Assembly: GCA_050084985.1 (NCBI GenBank)
Contig: JBITNC010000002.1
Coordinates: 14,818,001-14,882,000, forward strand
From: Nageia nagi
Taxonomy: Eukaryota > Plantae > Pinophyta
Direction: 5' to 3'
Length of the DNA stretch: 64,000 nt
The translations under genes were made by a program, and so were the position numbers. A model generated the notes under the pieces. It was not told the DNA's origin. It saw only the letters and a list, made by a program, of their open reading frames with translations, and ran no database searches. Of the stretch, positions 1 to 10,930 are shown piece by piece (positions within the stretch are counted from its first letter, which is position 1; every line of letters starts with the position of its first letter).

Positions 1-438
1 TAAAATCCATATATGTTTTTTTAGTTATTGTAATTTACCTTTTTACCCAAAAACAAAAATTACATTATATTTCAATTAATTCCACTTTCATTTAACATTT
101 TTGCGATTAGATTTCGCAAAGACTTTGCAACACAATGAAATATGTAGCATCTCTGTATCAAGAACGTGTCTTTCGCCTGCACTTAAAATACCTTGGAAAG
201 GGTCATCCTCCAACTGGAGTAAGGCACTTCGGAAAAAAGAATATGGAGAAGTTTCTCGAATTCTTCTTAGAGAGTGATTTTCTACAATGTCACCCAACGA
301 GTGACGCACTCAGAAACACTGAAGTCAATTCTTAGATAAGGTAGCAATCTTTCACCGACGTTACCACCACGAACGCTTAAAAACTGCATTGTCTCGCCTA
401 CAATCAGAGGCCTCCTCATTTTCCCCTGTTATGTAAAA

Positions 439-2841
439 ATGCACAGTAAAGATCGGGTAGCGTTCTCATACGTTTGCTTCCCTGCTTTGATTCTGACTCT
501 GCTATTGGTTCCTCTAAATTCTAACGTAGACGGTGTTGCTGACACCATCATCGCAGGAGCACATCTCACGGCCTCAGAAACCAGGGTTTCCAACAATGGC
601 ATCTTCAAGCTGGGTTTCTTCAATTTGCAAGATACCAACAAATGGTATGTGGGTATTTGGTATGCTCAAGTCCCACAGCAGACAATCGTATGGATTGCAA
701 ACAGAGACAAACCCTTGCACAACGCCTCTGCCGTCTTTGGTCTCACAGAGGACGGTGGACTTGCGCTCTCTCAAGGGGACTCTGTCATCTGGTCCACAAA
801 TGGGACGAAAGAAGCTTCTTCTGCAGTGATAACAGATACAAGTAATCTGGTTCTGATGAGTGCGGAGAACAAGTCTCAAATTGTTTGGCAAAGTTTTGAC
901 ACTCCGGGAAATGTATGGATGCCCGGGATGAGGATTATGTTTGACCGGATTCTGAGTTCGTGGAAGTCCAGCAGGGATCCGAATCCGGGCCTCTTCAGCC
1001 TCCGCATAGATCCGTCCGGTGAGGATCAGATAGTGCTGATGTGGAACAGCTCCGTCACCTACTGGGAATCCGGAATCTGGAACGGCAAATCGTATACCCT
1101 AGCTCCGCTTACAATACCCAACATTCGGTACAATTTCAGCGTTGTTAGTGACGGTGATTCCAAATATATTCATTTCTCTGTGGATCCTCTTCTCACATAT
1201 CTGTCGCAATTCATCATGATGGTTGCAGTGTCAGGCGAAATCAGAATGTTCTTCTTGCGGGACAACACAACGTGGACCCTTTTCTGGTCGCAACCGGGAA
1301 AACAGTGCGCCGTTTATGCGGGCTGTGGAGCCTATGGACTATGCAATCCACGTAACGTTCAATCCTGCAACTGTCTCGACGGTTTCAAACCCATAGATAA
1401 TGAAGCATGGGAGTCCCAGGAATGGTCAGCCGGATGTAAGCGGATAACTGCACAAGATTGCCAAGACGGTAACCGCAAAGGGTTCCTGCAGCTAACCAGT
1501 GTATCTACTCCACCTGGGGCGATCGCATCCCAAAGGCCGATGACAGCGGAAGAGTGCAAGAAGGTTTGTCTCAGCGATTGTTCCTGCACTGCATACTCTC
1601 ACGGTACTAATATTAATTGTCAACTGTGGTACAATGACCTGTTCAATCTATACGAGGAAACCTCCAACGGTTCGCCCCTATTTGTGAGAGTAGCCGCCTC
1701 TGATCTGCCGAAATCATCTTCCAGAAATCACAAGACATATGTTGTAGAAGCAGCGGTAGGCGTCGTTGTGGGACTGGCCGCGATTTCTGCCGTCGTTTTT
1801 GCAGTTCTCTTACGACGGCGTAGATCATTTACAAAGTCGGCGGATTATGGCGCTTCAGCGGCTCTTACGATTTTCAGCTACAAACAGCTGCAGGTTGCGA
1901 CCCAAAATTTTTCGGAGAGGTTGGGAGGCGGAGCATTCGGGTCTGTGTTCAAGGGCACTCTCCGGGACAAGTCTCTGGTGGCGGTGAAGATATTGGAAGG
2001 GACGACCCATGCTCATCTAGAGAAGCAGTTCCGCACGGAGGTGAGCACTTTGGGGATTATACAGCATGTGAATTTGGTTCGACTGCGGGGATTTTGCTGC
2101 GAGGGCTTAAACAGATTGCTGGTCTACGACTGCATGCCTAATGGTTCCCTCAATACTTTTCTGTTCCACGAATCGAATGTTTTGGACTGGAAGACGCGAT
2201 TTCGAATCGCTTTAGGAGTTGCCCGTGGCATCCTCTATCTGCACGAGGAATGCAGAGATTGCATTATCCACTGTGACATCAAACCGGAGAACATACTGTT
2301 GGACTCCGACTTCTGCCCGAAGGTTGCCGACTTCGGGCTGGCGAAACTGGTGGGAAGAGAGTTCAGTAACGTTTTGACAACCGCGAGAGGGACGAGAGGG
2401 TACCTGGCACCCGAGTGGTTATGCGGGCTGCCCATCACTCCCAAAGCCGATGTTTACAGCTTCGGCATGACTCTGTTTGAAATAATTGCAGGGAGAAGAA
2501 ACATAGATGGGGATGCAGATTCCAGTAAGGTGTTCTTTCCCGCTTGGGCGGTATCTGAGATAAGCAAAGGGAACTTTATGGGTGTGGTTGACAAGAGGAT
2601 TGAGAATGATGCGGAGCGTGAGGAGGTAAGGAGGGCTGCGATAGCGGCAGGGTGGTGCATTCAGGACGAGGAGGACGATAGGCCGTCGATGGGTGAGGTG
2701 GTGCGGATAATGGAAGGCACTGTAGATGTGTCTGCGCCGCCCCTTCCAAGGTCCATTCGGAACATGGAAGAGACAAGCAGCTTCTTTTTCCCTTGGGATA
2801 AAACTGAAACGGATAATCGATCTGACCCCACTCCAAGTTAG
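439..2841 (+). CDS. G-type lectin S-receptor-like serine/threonine kinase (SD-2 type, non-RD), intronless, 800 aa
   Basis: Uninterrupted 800-aa ORF. Contains a signal peptide, B-lectin (FKLGFF...WYVGIWY...VWIANRDKP...WQSFDTP), S-locus glycoprotein region, EGF-like (CAVYAGCGAYGLC), PAN/apple (CKKVCLSDCSCTAY), a transmembrane helix, and a kinase domain with LGGGAFGSVFKG, VAVK, HCDIKPEN, DFG and GYLAPEW. Confidence 0.96.
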   Translation: MHSKDRVAFSYVCFPALILTLLLVPLNSNVDGVADTIIAGAHLTASETRVSNNGIFKLGFFNLQDTNKWYVGIWYAQVPQQTIVWIANRDKPLHNASAVFGLTEDGGLALSQGDSVIWSTNGTKEASSAVITDTSNLVLMSAENKSQIVWQSFDTPGNVWMPGMRIMFDRILSSWKSSRDPNPGLFSLRIDPSGEDQIVLMWNSSVTYWESGIWNGKSYTLAPLTIPNIRYNFSVVSDGDSKYIHFSVDPLLTYLSQFIMMVAVSGEIRMFFLRDNTTWTLFWSQPGKQCAVYAGCGAYGLCNPRNVQSCNCLDGFKPIDNEAWESQEWSAGCKRITAQDCQDGNRKGFLQLTSVSTPPGAIASQRPMTAEECKKVCLSDCSCTAYSHGTNINCQLWYNDLFNLYEETSNGSPLFVRVAASDLPKSSSRNHKTYVVEAAVGVVVGLAAISAVVFAVLLRRRRSFTKSADYGASAALTIFSYKQLQVATQNFSERLGGGAFGSVFKGTLRDKSLVAVKILEGTTHAHLEKQFRTEVSTLGIIQHVNLVRLRGFCCEGLNRLLVYDCMPNGSLNTFLFHESNVLDWKTRFRIALGVARGILYLHEECRDCIIHCDIKPENILLDSDFCPKVADFGLAKLVGREFSNVLTTARGTRGYLAPEWLCGLPITPKADVYSFGMTLFEIIAGRRNIDGDADSSKVFFPAWAVSEISKGNFMGVVDKRIENDAEREEVRRAAIAAGWCIQDEEDDRPSMGEVVRIMEGTVDVSAPPLPRSIRNMEETSSFFFPWDKTETDNRSDPTPS

Positions 2842-3073
2842 CCCAGAGATCAAATTTCACAAGCAGGACAGTTTTCAAAGACTTTTTCATATTCTTTAAT
2901 AATGCAAAATTAGTTTAGTTTTATGATTAATTGTTTTTTTTTATTGGACAAGTTTTAGTTTTGTTTTAGGATTTTAGATATTTTCATTTGTTAGAGGTGG
3001 GGGAGAGTTTTCACTTATCCTTATTTTTTCAACCCTTCTAGCTTGCTTTCATAGATTAAATTATTTATAAATA

Positions 3074-3378
3074 TTAGCTTAGATATCTTAATATATATTT
3101 GCAAAACGGTGAGACATATTAATTTTGAGGTACATATATCTTTCATAAAACATCATAACGAGTTAAAATAGATACTTCAAGATTGATACTTCTCGGTACT
3201 TTGTAGATTTTAATGTTATTAAGGTAGTTTAGAATATAACCTTTCAAAGGATAAGATTTTAAGCCCTATATGACAAGTGAAAGCTCTTTGACGATATTGA
3301 TGCATCAATTTCGATCCTCCAATGTAAACAAAAGAAAGTGTTATTTGAACCTTGAATAAATTCTTTTGTTGTATGTAA
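3074..3378 (-). mobile_element. Old non-autonomous mini Helitron-like element of the same family as 3381-11287
   Basis: 3074-3228 aligns by eye with the terminal foldback 3381-3537 (ttagcttagatat vs ctagctttgatat; aaaacggtgagacatatt vs aaaacgtcgagagatatc; ttgatacttctcg vs atgatatctctcg). 3352-3378 matches the large element's 5' end (11261-11287) at 25 of 27 nt. Minus-strand ends are TT (likely decayed TC)...CTAA|T. Confidence 0.7.
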
Positions 3379-3379
3379 T

Positions 3380-3537
3380 ACTAGCTTTGATATAACCCCT
3401 TATATATCAAAAAACGTCGAGAGATATCATTTAGAGGCGCGTATCTTGGATATAGCAATACCAAGAAATGAGATAGGCACCTCGAAATGATATCTCTCGA
3501 CGTTTTTTGATATATAAGGGGTTATATCAAAGCTAGT
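3380..3537. repeat. Long inverted repeat (53-bp perfect arms) at the 3' terminus of the Helitron-like element
   Basis: 3380-3432 is the exact reverse complement of 3485-3537. The stem extends imperfectly inward (agaggcgcgtatct / agataggcacctcg), and a small cttgg...ccaag pairing is possible in the loop. Confidence 0.97.
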
Positions 3538-3718
3538 GGCATCCATCATCGCATGATTATTGAATTATAATATTAAGAGATACAATACAAATGCAAATAT
3601 TATTTTAAAAATAATGTTTAACAAATGAATATGACTCATACATAAGGAGTCATTGACAAATAATATTGAGTAAGATTTAAAAAAAATCAAAATTAATCAT
3701 AGTAATATTGATTTTTGG

Positions 3719-6539
3719 CTACTCCAAAGATTTGAGTCTTTCTTCTTCAGCTTTCCTTTGCACAACTCCTTTTCCTGATTTCAATTTTGCATAATGATCA
3801 TATGGAAACGGTGCTAAAATTCTAAGTCCATCCAATGCTTTGATGCGAGATATAGCAACAAATGTTAAACCTTGCCTTCCCCTTTCTCCAATATCTATTG
3901 TTGCTTTATTAAGTGTCAAACCTTGTGATTTATGTATTGTTAAGCCCCAAGCCAATCGTAATGGAAGTTGACGTGTTCGACCTCTTTCTATAGGTATAAT
4001 TGGAATAGCTTTATCTTCAAGTGAACATCCTGTAAAATGATCAAATTCTACCATAACATATGTTGGTAGATCAGGTGGAGAATTCCCTGGTTTGTATACA
4101 ATTTTTCTAACATATCCCAAAGCACCATTAACAAGTCCAGCTTCTATCCATAAGTTAGATGTTAGCATAACTCTTGCATTATTTGCAATTAATAACTCAA
4201 TTTCAAGCTCTTCACTATCACCCCCTCCTTGTTTTGTGCTCCCTGATTTTGTTGCAATACTACGTGCTACTGGAAAATTTAACTTGAGTAGTTGTAACCT
4301 ATTATGATAAAAAATATTTCATTAGTTAGCAATATATTAATATTATATCAAAATTTAGCAAGTAATTCAAAATTCAAAAAAATGGATTTATTTAAAATAA
4401 ATTCATACCTGTTATGATTATGCACATTTTCATTAGTTGCAAATAGATGAATATTCTGATCAAAATCATCCCTTGTAGCCGGATCTAGATTTGAATTTGT
4501 TCTTGTCATCAATAATTTCCAATCATCTTTAGTTGGATTTGCATCCCTTAAATTAATTAAAAGTTGACGAAACTTTTTTTGATCTTCACTCTCTCCTTCT
4601 TGTCGAAATACTCTATCTAATGTTATAACAGTTGTGAACTTTTGCCATAATAATCTTGCATGTCTATCAGTGGCATATGGTGGTCTATCCATAACAGGTG
4701 GTAACTGTCCTAAATCACCTACTAAAATGATTGACCTACCTCCAAAACATATATTTGATTTTTCTGGAAAACCTTCTCGAAGGCGATAATCTATGTGTTC
4801 CAACATTTTCTGCCCTATGAAGCTCATTTCATCAATCAATATATATTTTACATGTTTCATATCTTCTTGAAAAGTATTTAATCTTGATCCCTCTAATTTA
4901 TCAAAGTTTGTGATAGGAATTCGAAGTGATCCATGGATTGTAGTGGCACCAATGTTGAATGCAGCAACTCCAGTAGGTGCAAGTAAAAGAAGGGGAGAAT
5001 GTTTTATAGATGGTAAGTCTTGAAATGCTTGACGAAGTGCTCCAATTAGATACAATTTTCCTGTTCCTGCTGTTCCTTGAATTATCATATATAAAGGGTC
5101 TATATGTTGTTCCTGATTATAATGTGTCATTATTATATCATATGCTTGTTTTTGTTTCATGCTAAGGCTCTCATATAGGTAATTTAAAGGGGCATCATCA
5201 TCAATAAATGCACCATTTTGTTTCATTCTGGTTATCCAATTTATTGCTTTTTTTTTGTATTCTTCTGATATATATTCATTATCCCATTGTGCTTGTCTAT
5301 CAACATCCCTTCTACCAAGCATATCTATTTCTGTCCTTGTAAAGTGATTTCCACGATGTAATTGGGCTATAATTTCCCATTCATTCTCTATAGTGTTCTG
5401 ATGAACTGTTCGTTCATCATCATCTTCTGAATCATTGTGATATTCTTGTTCTGTATTTTGGATATTATTCATTCTCTCAATATGCCAAGGCCTATAGTTG
5501 AATGCCTCCCAATTTGTTATGATTGTGCTATCATCAACCCCGATATCTCTTTCTATATTTCTAAATGGCTTGTAAAGTAACAACTCTGACCAACAAAATT
5601 CAATAAATTTTTCCGATTCTTTTTCAGGAATGGTCGTAAAACATGGCCATGCCCTCACAATAGCTGCATTTTTTCTAGTGCTCCATTTCAACTCACTTCT
5701 TCGTCTTGGATTATATGTCCATGATCTAGCTGCATCAATAAGTGAGATAGTTTCCATCATACATGGTCATTGAATATATCCATCAATTAAAGACTTACCA
5801 TTTCTTTCTGTTTCTTCTTCATCAATATTTTCCACCTCCTTGAAAACTTTTCGTCCAACATTTAGAGAAATAAAAACTCTACTACATTCAACCAATGGAA
5901 GCTCTAATAACATATGACATGTTTCTTGTGCTCCTATATCTCTCTCAATAATTGTTTCCGTTAGAAGACACCTATATGCTCTTGTTGCTAAATCATCATC
6001 ATTTTCTAAATTTGTAATTCGCATCAACATGTCTTGATAGGTTTCTGAACTTTTCTCAGCCTTAGTAGCATATTTAGCAATATAATTGATAACAGCATGC
6101 TTTGATAGAACAGGTTGCCAATCTACATTTGCTCTCCATAACTGTAATATATGTTTATTATGTGTATTGACTCGATCATCATTTCTTATTGGTTCATACT
6201 TTTTATCTTTGGTTTCTGGATCTTCATATAATTTGGATCCATCTAAAGATAAAGGCCATGGTGCATTATACCTATAAAAAGAAAAATTAGTTTAACATAA
6301 AGGATGATGAATTTAAAATTATAAATATATATAAGTAGTCATAAGTATTTACCTACAAACCATCTTTCCTCTTTTCTTGCGTAAGCATGCACCTTCTCTA
6401 CATACAGTGTGACGCTCAACACAATTGAGAATCTCTTCATAATCAAGATCTAAGTCTACTTGATCAAGTTGACGTGTATTCCTCAAACATGGGTGTTGAT
6501 TAATATTTTGAAGAAGCTGTGAAATATATACAATGGTTA

Positions 6540-6575
<36 letters not shown>

Positions 6576-8916
6576 TTAAAACATAAAATTAAAAAAATAG
6601 ATACTTTATGCATACCTGTATATTTCGTTGATGTGGGTCTCCTCGAGGATTCCATGCATGCACAATATTATCAAAATATGTTTGTGCTTTTTTCACTTGT
6701 TCTTCACTTGTCCAATCTAAATTATCCATGTTTGGAGCTCCCTCTATCCATAGAAAACCATGCACATGTGGAGATCCCCTATGTTGCCATTCATATCTAC
6801 ACCAATATTCTTTGACTTTCATTCGTTTTTGCAATACCTCTTTATGAAAAATTGTATTTCGTAGATGCATGTAATGAGCTACAATATGTGGGTAATCAAT
6901 AATATTTTATCTTCGCCATTTTTGTGCTTCTCTTGAATCAGATGGTGATGTTCCTGGCATCAACGCATGAAGGTCAGGCCAATACATATCAGCTGCACTT
7001 AAAGTGAAAAAAATGGTTGGAGATCCAATTTGATGTAATAAATCACTTAATTCAGCACGACTCTTCATCCAATAAAATCTTGTGCCTCTTAATGTAGATC
7101 TAAAACGCATTAAACAATCTGCTAAATGTGATTGGGGAATATTATCCATGTGTTCTCGCAATTCATGGATTGTAGTTGGCAAATCTTGAAGACTCTTCTT
7201 CACAAACACTGCTGAAGAATTCTGAGCACGATGTCTCATTATCATGTTCATTATGAAATACCTAAATCTTGGATGCTTTCCAAAATGTTGATCTCTATAT
7301 CGTAATAAATGTTTTGCAAATTCATGAAGATAAACTTTTCTATTTCTTGGTTCTATCCAATCACAGTTTCCATTTGGGAATAATGTTGGAAATGCCATAT
7401 CAAGCAACCCTTCAGTAGTATACTCATTTATAGGAGATGCTCCAATTCTAGGCCAATCAATGAGTGTTATTAGTTCTACATTAGGGTTGTTGACCCATGC
7501 ACGAATTAATTCCATCTCCCTTGGTGCATTGGGTGGTTTACAGGCCATAGATGTTGTGTGATTAATGACGTTTCCTTCATCCATCTCAATTGTTGGACCC
7601 ATTACTACATATTCATTCATATCAGAATTAAACTCCATATGAACAGAGTTTAGAATGTTAAATATGTTTATATCTGTATTAGCTGGGAGATCTCTTAGAA
7701 CATCTTCATCAATTTGCACATCCTTATAAAACTTATCATTTTCTATCTTATACTTCAAAGCTTTAAAGACCCTCTCTTTATTTACTGTGAAATTATAATT
7801 TGTACCATGTTGATCTCTTCTTCGAACAATAATGACTGGTAATTCATTTATAGGATGAGGTAGTACCTTCGCAATTTGTTTCACTTCTTGTGGAAAGCTA
7901 ATTGTATGCCCTTTGTACTTATATTGGCCTCCGGTAGCATGTGTTACTTGTAATATTGGATTGACACGTGCTATCAACATTTCTTCAATTTGTGTTAAGT
8001 TTGATAATTCTGATGGTTGTGATCCAGGATCCATGTGATTTGAGGATGAAAATCGATGAGGAAGAATTTTCTCTTGTCTACATCTATTACATGTCAGACC
8101 TTCAGTAGTAGATAACACCTTCATTCCAGGATAAGATTCTTGGCAAATGTAACACATCGATGGTGATGCAAGTTTTTGTAGTTGAATTCGAAATAAGGTT
8201 TGCATTTCTTTGAAATCTATTTGAATATTTGTATTAGTATGTCCATATGTTCTATTATGATTTGTTTGATTTGCATTCATTTGGAAACCTTCTACATTTC
8301 CTTCTCTTAAACGATGTGTTGGAGGTGTCTCTCCCATTTCAGTTGCTTCATATTGTGTTTGTCTCACCACAATTATATTTCTAGCATTTCTTTCAAAAAA
8401 AGAGGATGCATCGGAAACACTTACGTTATCATGAACATTATTACGATGTATTCTTTCCTCTCTTTGACTATCTTCCTCAGCTCGTCTAGCGCGCTGAAGT
8501 TGGCGGTCATTCGCACGTTTTCTCCTAATCTCCTCAAGTTGAAATTGTGTTTGATTTTCTTGGTTTGTTGTTTGTTGTTCCATATATCTTTGGCGTGCTT
8601 CTTCTCTTTGATCTTCTGATATTTTTGCATGTGTTTCTCTCATTTGTTGAGTGTGTATTGCTCTTTGTTCTTCATTTTCTTCATTGGACATATTAGCACG
8701 AGTTTGTCTCTTTCGTTCAGAATCGATTGCTCTTTGTCGTTGTTTTTATTCATTTGTCATTTCTGCCCTACATTTTGCTCGATTTTCTCTTTGTCTTTGT
8801 CTTTCTCTCTCTTTATCACTTTCAGTCATTCTTTCACATCGTCATCTATTATAATCTCTGTGATATTGTCTATGTTGTTCTAATCTCTGTTGTTCTCTTT
8901 GCTCTTCAGAATTCAT
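3719..8916 (-). pseudogene. RepHel transposase (HUH Y2 endonuclease + PIF1-family SF1B helicase), 4 exons, ~1635 codons, 4 premature stops
   Basis: Exons 8916-6616, 6516-6353, 6271-4409 and 4298-3719 joined at GT-AG introns give one frame of 4908 nt. Motifs: CxxC...CxxC, IEEMLIAR..GGQYKYKGHTISFPQ (DUF6570-like), AFPTLFP, FFTLSAAD, HUH (EWQHRGSPHVHG), Y2 (YIAKYATK), Walker A (GTAGTGK), APTGVAA, IDEMS, GDLGQLPPV and LAWGLTIHKSQGLTL. In-frame stops at 8842-8844, 8746-8748, 6907-6909 and 5767-5769. Confidence 0.9.
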
Positions 8917-10174
8917 TATCTTTGTCACAAATTTACTACAAAAACATAAGAGAATACATCATTATATTTATTTAAATAACAACTTAAAGATATTTACATA
9001 ATTTTCAAGCATTAATATACTTAAATAATTATAATTTTCTAATAACTATTGTTGAACACATCCTAAGATTATTATTAAGATTCATGATATCATCGTCTAT
9101 TATTCAATAAAATGTAATTACATAAAATATCTAAGGAAACCAAAATTTTGATATGCTTTCGCAGAGGAGAATGCCCAGCGATGACTTGTGCCATTTTCTG
9201 GTGGATCTCTCTGCTTGCTCTATGTAGGAAAGTAAATAAAAATTATGTAGATGTATTTCAAGCATAGTGTTGCAATTATCGGATGAATTTGCAGAATGGA
9301 GGAGCTGATTGTTGGTAATAAAATTGCAAGATCACTCTGAATCAAAACTTTTACTTCGCAGGCTTGGCATACATATCCCCCACATTTCCTTCATTACATT
9401 GTCATGGCCACAGCTTTTGGGTATTGGTTTTGGCTTAAGTTGTAGTAATATTTATTGGCTTGATTGTTTATTAATGTAATTGGTGTGTGAAATGCAAAGG
9501 GTTTTTTTGTCATTCAGATTTATATACCCGAACAAGAAACAAATTTATGAGTAAAAACACAAAAAATTATTTGCAGATTGGAGAATGAATTTTCTATACT
9601 CAAAAATACAACATAATCCAATAAATCTATCCATGTATCGATATTATAAAAACTAATCAATATGTGCAAACGAACTTAATAGACCCCAGTTTAGAAGAAG
9701 TACCCAGCTAAACAATCATTAACAACAATTATATTGCTAATTGGAACAGTCCAGAGCACAGTCCTCGCAGTAATTTTTGAGCCAAATGCCTCTGCATGGA
9801 AGCTTAATTGGGACTTCGAGCTTCTCAGTATTGTTTATACGATTCGTTTTGTTGTTATTGAATTTGTAATTTGTTATTTGTTCTAAGTAAATGTAAATTA
9901 GAGGATGTTCATGTTGATTCAGGGAGTATTGTGCTTGGCATTTGCATTCTTTGTGCAAGCGTACTGTATCAGTAAAAAAGGATCTGTGTTCGGGTTGGTA
10001 GATATTCAGTTTCGTAGACTGTGGATCGTAGTTGTTGCGCAAGTCACAGACTAAGCTCTTCACTCTCTGGGGCTAAATTACCTTTCTTATTGACATATCT
10101 GTATCAATTAATTACGAGGGAGCATTTAGAGCTGTTCAGATTCATTAAACCCTAAATTTTTGCACGTCGTAACC

Positions 10175-10930
10175 ATGCAGAAATACCAACCAGATTCAAA
10201 CATCAGTTCTCATAAAACTTTTGAGCTTCAATGGGATTTGTTCCAGAAGCTAATGGGAGACGTCTATGTCATGATCGATGAAATGCAACCTAATTTTGAT
10301 GCAGAAGAATTAATCGAACTTTATAATATCATGTCTTACATTTTTAAACAAACTATTTGTTACAGGTATATCGCAGAGCAAATTTACAAAAAATACAAAC
10401 GTTGTTGTCATTGGGATTATTTAGGACTGGTGGTTTTCCCAGCCTTGGCGAACAAGAGGGGTCGTTATTTTCTGGAGCAATTCAAAAAGAGATGGGAAAG
10501 TTACAGAATAATAGTACAATTCCTTTCAATGACTTTCAATTTTTTGGATGATTACTATGAGATAGGGAGATTTTCAGGAAACTTTATTAGATTTGGCGAA
10601 TCATACTTTCGAGTTATGGTATATGATCAATTCAAAAATAAGGTGAGAGATGCGATGCTTGCAATGATTACTGAAGTTAGAGATGCGACATAATTTTTTG
10701 GGAATTTGGTACAAAGGTTTGTGGAGTTTTATCATCAAATAGGGCCGGAATGTTACAAGGATGATTTTGAATCACCCATGTTAGAGGCCAGTGTTGATTA
10801 CTATGCTATAAAGGTTGGATCATGGCATAAGAAGGTTTACTCTTGTTCAGAATTGATGATAAAGATTGAGGAAACTTTAAAATATAATAAAGAAATAAGA
10901 AATATTACAGTAAAAATATATTTACAATAG
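10175..10930 (+). pseudogene. Intronless cullin-1-like N-terminal-domain gene inside the Helitron-like element (251 codons, one internal TAA)
   Basis: ORFs 10160-10693 and 10706-10930 share a frame and are separated by one TAA (10691-10693). The translation resembles the plant CUL1 N-terminus (QIYKKYK...LVVFPALANKRGRYFLEQFKKRWESYRIIVQFLSMTFNFLDDYY...FRVMVYDQFKNKVRDAMLAMI...YKDDFESPMLEASVDYY...SCSELMIKIEETLK...YLQ). No cullin-homology or neddylation domain follows. Confidence 0.8.

Noticed and set aside
88-335. Short ORFs upstream of the kinase (and 28712-28930 in the paralog) as conserved uORFs
   Set aside because: The similarity reflects DNA duplication. Starts and ends differ between copies, and there are no protein features.
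429-2890. Antisense and alternate-frame ORFs over the kinase gene
   Set aside because: These are shadow ORFs expected in GC-rich coding DNA.
3380-3537. Hairpin as a MIRNA gene
   Set aside because: It coincides exactly with the transposon terminus and has a decayed homolog in the adjacent mini element; no known miRNA is recognisable.
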